From assembly GCF_024521635.1 (NCBI RefSeq), contig NW_026250408.1, forward strand, positions 620,001-684,000: DNA of 64,000 nt. The letters are read 5' to 3'. Made by a program: the position numbers and the translations under genes. The notes beneath the pieces were generated by a model. The model saw nothing but the letters and a program-made list of their open reading frames with translations. It searched no databases and was not told the DNA's origin. Shown here piece after piece: positions 26,517 to 37,287 of the stretch (position 1 is its first letter; each line of letters starts with the position of its first letter). The DNA comes from Tricharina praecox. Its lineage: Eukaryota.

Positions 26517-29500
26517 TCAAACCATTCCCATGGTGCTCGTAGATACCTCTAGTAACATATCAAAATCATAGTACTCCGCCACACTCTTGTACACAGCCAG
26601 TCGCTTCATCAACGCCTCTTTATCGACGGTGGTTTCCCATGGCCCCGAGCACTTACAGTGCTCCTCAAACTCATTCTCCTTCAGTTGGCCACATTTGCTG
26701 CACTTCAGGTCCTGCGTATTGTAGCCAGTAATGATCTGCTGGAGGTGACCGATCATCTTCTCCTCGAAGGCCAGTCGATCGTATTCGCTCCCGCAGTAAG
26801 AACATTTCCATGCCTTGTCCTTTCGTTGACCTGCGTCGGCATCGAGCTCGGGCATGAAGTCTTCGTGTTTGCACAGGTCGAGGTCGCGCGGCATTGTGCA
26901 TTCGCTGCAGATTACTTGCGAGAACTTGAGACTCTCGCTGGGGTTTTCGAAGACTCCGTCGCGGCTGAATTCTTTGATATCGAGTAGGCCGAGAAGTTCC
27001 TTTCGCAGGACTCGTGCTTCGATGTTGATCTCCTTTGCTAATCCAAATACCGCGGTGAGGGATCGGATCAACTGGAGCGCAGGATTCTTCAGCGTCTTGA
27101 TGGCTCCGGGAAGTTTCGGGAACTCGAAGTCAACTTCCATCTCGGGATGTATCATCGATTCGTGCTGGCGGCGAACAAGCTGCGCAATCTGCTTGCGCAA
27201 AGGCTTCTGGAATTCTTTGCCCAGGACAATCTTCTCCGTGTCGTCGTCTTCAGATTTCTTGAGGTGCAGCTGGGTGGGTCTGGGAGTAGAAAGCTCGACG
27301 CCGGAATCCGGCAGTATATGCTTTTGACTGTGCATGATCTCGATGAACTCGACTACCCACTCGTGGAAGACGCTCTGAAGGGTTGTGGGTAGGAACTTCG
27401 CGAGTTGCCAGTGCATGACAGTGTTCAACGACTGTTTCTCGGCCTCGATGACTTCCTGGCACCCCTTGCCGCCATAGTTGACTTCATCGTACCAAACAAT
27501 GTAATCCCAGTACTCCTTAATCTCCAGATCCAGGAAGTGAAACAACGGCTTTGCTTTGATGGCTTTTAGGATATACTGGCTGTAGGCGTAGGCATTTCCA
27601 ACGTCGAATTTGGTAGTCTGGACCAACATGCGGTTTGCATTCGCAAAGATGACGTTTGAGCCGACTCGTCGGAAGTCTGTCAGTAACTGGAGGAAGGCCT
27701 TCTTCGACATCGTCTGAACATAGTAGTGGAGGGCGCGGTCGTAAAGGAATGAATCAGGGCTTTCAACCCATCGGACGATATGTTGAACCATGATGTCGGC
27801 CATATTATTGCCCTTACATGCCTCCGCCCACCAAGCTTTGACCATATCTCGGAGAACCATCACGCCAGCTGTCGCGAACGCATTGTCGGCGAATATGACA
27901 TTTGCACCATCACCTTGACCATCCTCTGTCGGCGCAGCAGGATTGAGGGTCACCGAGTCGCTGCCTTCGAGCTCGTTGATGAGGGATGAGGTGAGTATTG
28001 TATTGATAGCCAGGTTGCGGACATCAATCTCGATGCATACAGACGAATATGATCCAGGATTATTAATGATAGGCATCTCAACAGTCTCCATCGCTCCGAA
28101 GACATCATCCTTCTCGTGTCCTCCATGATCCGGCTTCGGTGATGGCGACCACCAGAGGACGACATTGTTGCTTTGTAACCGCCGAGCGTATGCAATGTCG
28201 ATGAGGAACTTGGGATCATCACGTTCCAGATTACAGAGAGGAATATCTCCGTATCGTGCAAGATCCATCAAATGCGAAATCCAAGACCCGAGTGCTAGGT
28301 AATTCGTTACAATTCGTTTCGCCACAAATGTTTGCCATCCCAAGGGCGGTAGACTGCTGTCTGAAGGCTCCGATTTCAGCGGCAGAATAGGAAACTCGTT
28401 CAACGTAGGAATGGTCTCCATGAGAAGCCGCCGTTTGGGCGATTGGACAATTAGCATGGTCGGCCCCGACTCATCGGATGTAAGGTTTTTGATGATGGTT
28501 GAGATCTCCTTCTGCAACTTCTTCTTGGTGTTGGTGGAGATGATCTTGAAGTGAATCTTGTCTTGATATTCGAAAGATTTTTGCCAGGCGCCATCCGGCT
28601 CCTTCGTCCGGCGTGCAAGAAGTTGCTCGGCATATATCTTGTCCATGTTGGGAAGGCTGGCATCTTTGGTGTTGTGAACCACAACGTAGGCTTCAGACTT
28701 TGATGTCGAGAAGAAGCCAAATATCTGTCTATCTCCAGCAATAAGGTGATACACGAAGGTGTATTCTAGGGGATTTTGAGACAAATAGGGTATCTTGCTC
28801 TCTACACGCCTTAAAGCTGAAAGATCGAAACCTTGCTCAAGACCTTTTCCGAGGACTCCCTTCTGCGAGTCATCGAATGTGCAGATGCTTCCGAGGTTCA
28901 ACACTGCCCTAATGACCGATGGAACTTGAGTCTCGTACACTCCTTCAACACTGGGATGCGTAAACAAGTGCGACAGCTTGCGGGCCTCCGAGACATAAAC
29001 CTCCTCCGGCATGGTAAGCTGGAAAAGATGCACAGAAGGATGTCCGTTCGGCAGCGTATGGTTCACTTTCTCGGCCATGCATCCCTCTATCTCGACATCC
29101 GGCAGGTCATTTTCTTTCAAGTTCATGTAGAGCTGTCTCGGGACCTTGATCTTTATGACCTGAATCTTGTTTTCGATCAAGACATGAGCCTTGACTTCAC
29201 CGGGCACTTCGCTTGCCTTCAGCTGCAAAACCTGCCAATTCTTTGAGAAGAAATTCTGCGCCTTCTGCCTGAAGTAACCACTAAGACCAGCTGTAGTAGC
29301 GCCAGGTTGGTCACCAAACAGCTGGCGGCGTCGTTCCCTAGCATGCTTCTGGATACTCCACTTCTGTTTCTGGTATTTCAGCCATCCGGGGTAATCCTCC
29401 GTCATCGACGGCATCTCGTCCGGGAGGCTAGCGAAAGGATCGTCGCCGGGCTGCTCTTGAGCGCCAGGCCGTGATTTCCGTTTTCCTAGCTTCTTCGCCG

Positions 29501-32500
29501 TCCCGACTACTGGCTTAGTGACGGAAATCTTGCCAAAGTCCTCCATATCCAACTCGGGAGCAGGAGCTGGACCTTCGTGCCGGACAAACATATCGGTCAT
29601 CTTCTTCTGCTTGAACCTGTCGTCCTTGATATTGATCCTCCGCTGAAGCCACTCAGGATGAGCTACTCGCGGTACGGGATTCCGACATTTCTGGAGCGCG
29701 GCAGGAATGGTGATGAGTTTCTGGATGACGGAACCTAATCGCTCGAGGTAGTATCCCCAATCGATTATATCTCTGGGGTCCATGTCGCCTGGATCGTCCT
29801 TGAGCCATTTCCGCAGAAAGTGCCGCTTGATGTTTTCCTCTGCGGAGAAGATCGCAACTGGAATAGCTCTTTCAGCCACCGGGGCATTGCGCGGTCGCGA
29901 CGAGATGACGAATTTACAGGCCAGGCCTTTGTCCTTCACCATCTGCTCACCGAGGAACTCTGCAAGACGGCGGGCTGTGGTGATTGACGTCGATTTTTGA
30001 CTGCCGTATTCCTCCAGGGATTTGGACATGCTTCGGTTCTCAGAAATGAGATCCATGAGCTCGGCATCCGCTAGGGTAGATCCATGCGAATACAGAACAT
30101 CAAGCCATTGATTCGAGACCTTTGCCACGGCATCATAACACTCTTGGAGTGTTGTGCCTTCCAAGAAGAACTTGAAGATTTGCGTCTGGAAGATCTTGAT
30201 GAGCTTCAACTCTCCACGACGCTTGACTTCGAAGCCCTTCAGTTCTGCAAGACTGCCGTCGTGGTTGAAGACAGCATATCGCTTCTTCAAATTCTTATCC
30301 TCCTCCTTCGAAGTGGGTAGAATCATGGCTCTGTAAGGTCCATCGACCTCAAAGAAGATAGTGTTCTCGCTATGAGTTTCATAACGATAATTGGCCGGAT
30401 CCACTAGTTCCTGGTACTGATCATTGGTGAACTTCTCGTGCACAAGGTGATTCAACATGACGCAAGGGTAGGATATCGGCAGTTTCCCGCCTCCGTCAAG
30501 TTTGAACGCAAAGTTCTCCGGAAACGTCGCAGGAAGAATGCACCAAATTCCGTCGGTATCCAACTCCAGAGGCCGCCCAACTCGCTCCACCAGGTCTTTG
30601 GCCAGTTGGATAATATGCGCACCGGTAAGGCAAGTCACTCCGGCCATCTCCATGGAGTACCATCGTGATCCCTTTCTCATGACATACCCGTAGAAACTGT
30701 TTAGAATGACTTTGTGGGCTAGTTGAAGGGAGTCGAATAGAATAACCATCTTCTTTGCCTGCTCCACTTCTATGGGCGCAGCGCCAGCCCCCTTGAGCTC
30801 TGCCGTCTTCCGGTTCCAAACTTTCTGTTGTCCCTTGAAATGGTAGCGGCGGTCACGGAAATCCTTCACGGTGTCGACGTAGAATGGATTCTCTCTTTGA
30901 CAAATGATGGCCTCCTTCTCGATTGTCTTCGATTCGTGGATCTTGTGGTAAATCTTCTTGCTGAAATCTTGTAGACGTTTCTTGACTTGTACAGCTTGGT
31001 CTTCCTGTGGCAATTCATCCCACGTGCGTCGCGGCTGGTTGGGGTACCGTGGCGGAAATGTTTCGTTCTCCAGCGCACGCTTGATCATGTTGTACTCATC
31101 GCGCTTTGCCGGTAGGTACTCGCCTCGCCAGGCCCATGGCAACCGACGATCGCAGGTCTTTCCTGGCCTATTGAAATCGCAAGCAGCGCAGTCGGCCTCT
31201 TCTATCATCGAGTCCGGTTGCAAACGGTTGGTTGTCATGATATTGGGGTACATGGATGCAACATCTAAATGGTAGATTGAAGGGCGTTCATTCCGTTGAG
31301 GCAACACCTTCAGTTCGAGAAGCTTTGCTTCAATTTGCTCTTTGACCTATTTAGGTCAATATCTCTCTCATAGTAAGGGGCAGAAGCTTTACCTCATCGT
31401 AATTGGTTACTTGCTCGAGTTTCTTGCCGCCTTCTACCACAATGCTGAACTTCAAAGCAGCGTCTAACTCTTTTACCAGTTTATCTATTGCTGTAGTGTC
31501 GATGACAAAGTTCACCGGGATGTCACTCCGAAATACTCCAGCTTCGATCGATTCGACGTGACCACCGACGTACGTTTCCGATTCTAGGAGGTGGCCTTCA
31601 TAGAAGGATTCCGGCTGTCCCTTGTGTTTGTTGGGTAGCACTATTCCCTTCTGATACGCTTGTACCTGTATCTAACATCAGCAAAACTTCATCATAAGAA
31701 CCCAAATATTATGCTTACCATCAGCAACATCTCACATAGTGTTCCAGTTCCTTTCCGCAGGACATCATCCGGATTCAGCGGAATAATGGTGCAGAGCGAG
31801 AAGATGAACGGATGCACATATTTCATGTACAGGTAATATGTCGCGACGGCATCGGATACCGAATACTCGGCGAGAGTCTGTGGCTTTTCAGCGGCATACC
31901 TAGTTACGGTTTTAGATAACTGAAACACTTCAATTTCGAGGCTATGGGCATCACCGACCTGGTCATCAACTCAGGATCCAATTCGTCTGGATCGTAACCC
32001 AGTTTTGCGACGCAGACAGCCTTCAAACCCTGACTTCCTTGTGGTAGGTAAGAATCACGCCTCACCCAAGAGAACGCATCCATATGTACACAATAGTTGC
32101 TTTTGTATAGATCTTCGGTGTCTTTCCGGAACCCGATCTCCTGATACATGTCTATTCCTAGGAAAGACGCTCTGGCTTCTATGAATGGCCAATCGAAGAA
32201 GTCACCGTTGTACGTCACAATAACTGTCGGTTTGGCCTCCTTGATATGCTCGAAGAACCGCTCGATGACCGCCTTCTCGTCGGGCTCATTGAAAATCATG
32301 AACTGTCCCTCGTATTCTGGCTTCGGGGTATACTCGAAATCTGAAATGTCTTCCGACACTATTTCGCGGTTGGTGATCAGGAAACCTTGTCCCTCGATCA
32401 TGTACGAAATCATCATGACCTGATCGATCAATGCGTCAGGAAACTTCAAGGGTAGCTTAGTAGTTTCGATATCGAACGCTAGAACCACGGGATCTGGCCG

Positions 32501-33487
32501 CTCCAGTCGGTCCTCTATGCAGGTAATCGATGTAACGCCGTGCTTTGCCTCCACTGTATACCATTTACCAACCCGAATATCTTTGTCGATAGCCACCCGG
32601 ACATGGTAAGGGACGTCGTACTCTCGTATGTCGACGATATATTCGTTTGGATCGGCGGGCACCGTAGGTTTGTTTCGTGCATCATGATCGTCGCCTAAGA
32701 AATCAAAACCCGCCATCGTTACGCTTCACTCTGTCAGGATATCCTACGTACTGGCGGCTTTCAGGGGAGGAAAACGGAGACTCACCTAACAACTTCCGCA
32801 TACGCATCCATTACATCCACATTCTTCTTATTCTTCGCAACGATTGGCATGATCTCCTTCCGCACCGCCAGCAAATCTGTAACATTGGCGAAATCCAATT
32901 GCACGAACGTCCGTCGGTAACCTAAGAGATGATTCGGCTAAAGGCATATTATTAGTTCCCATGCATCTTTCACATTCTCTGCCAGACAGGGCTGTAGCCA
33001 CCATGCTGAGATCCTCCTTCGTTGTCCTCGACGTCTTCTTAATCAACCCCTCGAACTTCCTCCTCAACCACTCTTCGACCTCACCCTCGGTCCCCGGTTT
33101 CGTTGCAATCAAGAAATACGGATCGTAAATAACCGTAGCCTTAAAACTATCCCCCTCCCCATCCAGAAAGTAGAAATCTACTCCCGCCTTCCCGGAGGTC
33201 CCCTCGACCTCGAGAGTCGTAGGCTGCATGTTGACCAGCCAGCCCACCTTCTTTGGCCCGCTGTCGTACCGTAAAAATCCCATCTGGTCATCGATTGCGT
33301 TCCCCTGCCGCACTCGCTCGAATTTCTCTTCTGCAGACGTTGCCTCCGTTGTTAGGAGCGTTCCAGAGGTCACAGTCTTGGTCTTGTATCGCCGCTCGAA
33401 TCCGGCACTGTTTCCTCCTCCGCGACCGCCACCGCCACCCCGTTTAGAGGATTTGACGAACCGTGTTCGACTGCGGACGGAGGCCAT
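26517..33487 (-). CDS. POL2: DNA polymerase epsilon catalytic subunit A
   Basis: Six exons that join ORFs 32828-33550, 31904-32716, 31692-31928, 31351-31641 and 26517-31307. Intact exonuclease motif [10 protein letters not shown], polymerase motifs [18 protein letters not shown] and ELDTDG; C-terminal CysA/CysB clusters. Confidence 0.99.
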
Positions 33488-33773
33488 GTTGATTTCGTGT
33501 ACAGGAGTATTCTTCGCGGTGGTGTAAGGCGTAGAATTCGTAGAGTGCAAGGATGCAGATCAATTGAGCCTAAGCCTGAGCCTGAGCGTGAACGTATGTA
33601 GTATCGAGTTAATGGTAGAAGACACGCTCGATCGTAGATGTGGTTCGTAGGTCGTGAAATGGGGGACGGGTGGATGATATCGGATTGTGTCTCGACCTAT
33701 GTTGTGAGTTGTGTGTTGACCGGGACCCCAAAACTGCCAGAGTGAAAGAGAGACACGACACCCTGCACCGACA

Positions 33774-33800
33774 ACGCGCTCGAGATTTCGCGTCCGCGTA
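33774..33800. promoter_or_regulatory. Cluster of MCB/SCB-like CGCG elements in the POL2/COX20 divergent promoter
   Basis: ACGCGC, TTTCGCGT (=ACGCGAAA) and CCGCGTA within 27 bp, ~300 bp upstream of POL2. Replication genes are classical MBF targets in ascomycetes. Confidence 0.6.
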
Positions 33801-33987
33801 AATTAGTGTGAGGAATGCGATTACTCAGCCTAGTCACTTACATCAACATCAACACAGACACCAAAGAACAGAGCAAAGCAATTGTATGACGACACCCTAG
33901 CGATTATCCGAAGTCAATCTCGCCTTCGCCCCCCTCATAGAGAACAAAAACAACTCCTTCAGCTTGAGAAACGCAGCAGCTTTCACC

Positions 33988-34546
33988 ATGTCCGATCAGA
34001 CCCAGACCGCCCCTACCCCACTTCCTACGGAACCGAAACGCTACCTCGAACCCCCACCAAACCACCCGGCCAACGAGTACACCCGCGAAGCGGTTCCCGC
34101 GGTAGCTGATGCCGTCAAGTCGATCTCGCTCGACGATTTCAAGAAGGTGCATACGCAGCCTTGCTTCCGGGATGCGTATCTGTGGGGAATGAGTGGTGGA
34201 TTTGCGGTGGGAGGGCTGAGGTTTATCGCGGGAGGTATGGATATGAAATTACCCCGGAGGTTACTACTGGCAAAGTGCTAAGCTGATCGATATTGCAGGC
34301 GGAATACCAAAGGCTTGTAATTGGGCGGTGGGAGCTTGCTTGGGAACCAGCATCGTCACATACGAGTACTGCCAGTACCGGCGGAGACAAGAGAAGCAGT
34401 TCATAGCGCAGGCGTCGGCGATCATGGAGCGGAAGCGGGCAGAGGTGGAGAAGAAGATGGCCGAGAGGAAAGAGCGGGCTATGAAGGCAGCTGCTGAGAA
34501 AGAAGCACAGGCAGCTGCAGCCAAAAGTTCGTGGAAATTCTGGTGA
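33988..34546 (+). CDS. COX20: Cytochrome c oxidase assembly protein Cox20
   Basis: Exons 33988-34234 and 34299-34546. Cox20 pattern: DFKKVHTQPCFRDAYLWGM..GGLRF..IPKACNWAVG..YEYCQYRR; ends SSWKFW. Confidence 0.9.
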
Positions 34547-34774
34547 AAAGCGGACACAGCTCTTCTTCACTGTATATTATCTGTAGAGTACGCAATGTGT
34601 CCTTGGATTCGTTCATAACTGGAATATATTCATTGAAGTCATGCGGCCCGTATCCAAGTAAATGCGACCAAAACACCAAACTCCCTCGGCATGTATACAC
34701 CCGCGCAAAACAAACCAGCCACCTACCCACATAAGAAACCGTAACATTGCCTAGGAAACACCATATTGACGTAA

Positions 34775-35723
34775 TCATAGATGGAAATGCACCGCTTTCT
34801 TCTTCTTCTCGGCGGCTTCGGCGGCAGTAGCGGCGGCGAGGGCGGCGGCGTCAGCACGAGACTGACTCTTCCTCCGCCTTCTCTCGACAGTCCTCTTTTC
34901 CCTGGCCTCTTTGTATTCGCGGGACTTGTATTCCTTGATCTACAGAGACGTCAGTAGGCGACTCCAACCCAAGCCATGGGAAAACAAAACTAACCTGTTG
35001 TAACCGCTTCTGGCTCCTGGCGAACCGCTGCGCTGGAGTCGGAATATATACGATCCCATGCTGGTCCACGTCGCTGAGAGTCTCCTCTTCAGCCTCCGGA
35101 GATGGCGGCTCGATAGGCGGAGGTGGTGACCTGAGACGCTTGCTGTTGCTGCGTTCCATCCTTTGTCCACGAACGTCTGATGCTTCTCTCGGCGGGGATG
35201 GCATCTGCACCGTCAAATCTCCATCTCCGTCCTCGGGAGGTACAACGTTGACCGTTGGATTTTTCTCGCCGCGTTCGCGTCTTCGCTTGATCGTAGGCTC
35301 TGACTCTTCCCCTGCGTCGTCCATTTCCATATCACGCGCCTCGTCACCGCCATCGAACACTACCACCGACTCCCCCATCCCCTCTCCCATCCCAGTCCTA
35401 TTACCCTCTGGAACATCCAGCTTCATGTTTCCAAAACGACCAATAAGTATCTCCCTTTCCCTCTCTCTGTTATAGTTATAGTCGCAGCTATATGTTTCCC
35501 CCAAGTGCGAGCTCAGTGGCGCCCCGGGGATCTCGGCGCCGATATCAGCGGAGCGTTTCCGCTTGGACGGCGGGGTAGAAGTAGTTGCAGTATTAGTCTG
35601 CATTGTCGCAAGCGGGTTTTGCTTTTGCGTTTCGTTGCGCGGCAGGTGAGTAGTAGATTTGTCGGAGTCGAAGTCAAACCCTTCGTCGTGTGGAGCTGGA
35701 GCTGGAGCTGGGGAGGAGCTCAT
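34775..35723 (-). CDS. Hypothetical disordered, probably nuclear protein with a basic coiled-coil C-terminus
   Basis: Exons 35723-34995 and 34939-34775 (GTTAGT..CTGAC..TAG). Spliced C-terminus reads GIVYIPTPAQRFARSQKRLQQIKEYKSREYKEAREKR...KKKAVHFHL*; NLS-like PPSKRKR. Confidence 0.75.
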
Positions 35724-36518
35724 GGTACGTGCGGCGCTAACTAGCGGTTGTTGGTGTTGTTGCTTGAGGGGTGATTGATGTTTGTTTGGAGTGATGGTGA
35801 GAGCCCATAGAGCGGACTCGGATCGAATTGAATAGTAGACGGCGATGGACGTGACGGATGCTGCGGCGGCTTAACGACGCCCAGGGGGTACCAATCAATC
35901 CACGCGAAGTGGTACTCAGCTCAACCTGAGTGAGATGCAGATCTTGGGGATCCGGAGTTATGCTCGCTTGTACCACGCGGGGGTATGCCGATCACCCCGC
36001 TCAACTCCAAGCTCACAACATTGGGCAAATATTCAGCAGAAGCAAATGGATTCTAGACGATCCATTCCATCTCATAACTCTTGACATCTCCAAAATGCCA
36101 ATCCACCTACGCACTAGTTATTTATGGCTTAATTTGGACCCAACATTCTGGTTGATAAGACGATGATCCACATAGCCGGAAACAGCTGAGGAAACTTCCC
36201 CGCAAATTGGCACGTAAAGTGCCTAAAACTTCGGCAGCCCGGGTCCATAAATCCGCCTTCAAGTAGATGCAGACCAGCTCGGTCTAAACCCCATCCCAGC
36301 CCGTATGTACATACCTTCGGCCTCTAACATCTTTATCCTCTTTGATCCCGTTACAATATTATCGTCGCGAAGAATTCTCAGTCTATCTGCCCTATCCCCT
36401 CTTGCAAAGTAACCACTCCAACGGCACACTATCCGTTCCTCGCATTCAAGAACACCGCTCGCACCATGCCGGGTAACGAGTGATATCACGTGTATGCGCA
36501 GTGAATCTCCATCAACAT

Positions 36519-36591
36519 GTTCTGGTAGCTCAGGGGTTAGAGCGGTCGATTGCAGATCGACAGGTCCCCTGTTCAAATCAGGGTCAGAACT
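36519..36591 (+). tRNA. tRNA-Cys(GCA), copy 2
   Basis: GTTCTGGTAGCTCAGGGGTTAGAGCGGTCGATTGCAGATCGACAGGTCCCCTGTTCAAATCAGGGTCAGAACT; complete cloverleaf, identical to 759-831(-). Confidence 0.96.
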
Positions 36592-36620
36592 GAAGGCTCT
36601 CGGTGTTCGAGAGCTGGTGC

Positions 36621-36625
36621 TTTTT
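36621..36625 (+). terminator. Pol III terminator (T5) of tRNA-Cys copy 2
   Basis: First TTTTT run, 29 nt after the discriminator base. Confidence 0.7.
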
Positions 36626-37287
36626 GGCGAGAAGGTTTGAAACTCAAGTTGTTTTTAGATGGGGGCTGGAGGGTTAGTGTGTATGGGCGATGTCAAGATG
36701 ATTAGGGGACAGGATATTCATAAAAGGACTACTGGGCTGCATATGGAAGATAGAACCGCTGGTGTTGAGCCGTAACTCGGGGACGTAAGAACAAGCCGGA
36801 GGGCATCGACGTCGAAGGCACTCGGTAGGTGATCTACGTCTCTTCGCATAGTGCCAGAATTTTCTAAGAGCTCGGACCGGACCGAGAAAGGCACAATTAA
36901 GGCCGAGTGTCAACTTCGACTGCTCGCTTCAATGAAGACGTTGCGACTTCGAATACCGACACCTCTTACGACTTACCTGGTATATCAATTTCGGGAGACG
37001 GAGGTCTATTTTTTGTTTCATCAATAATTTTATGCAGCATGTTTCGGCTATGGCAATAAACACGCTCTTCCTAGAATTTATAGAGAAGGCTCGCTGTGGA
37101 ATTCCGGACCACTGGTACACATTGCCGAGTGATATCACATGTGAGATAGAAATTCCACGGAACATCCCGCGCACTAAAACTTAGCTGCATGAGGCTCTTA
37201 CTCTTAGATACTTTTTTTTCCCCTCCGGTCACTCACTCTCGACGCGCAAAGCAAAGCTCTCGATCACCACCGAACACTACACTCACA

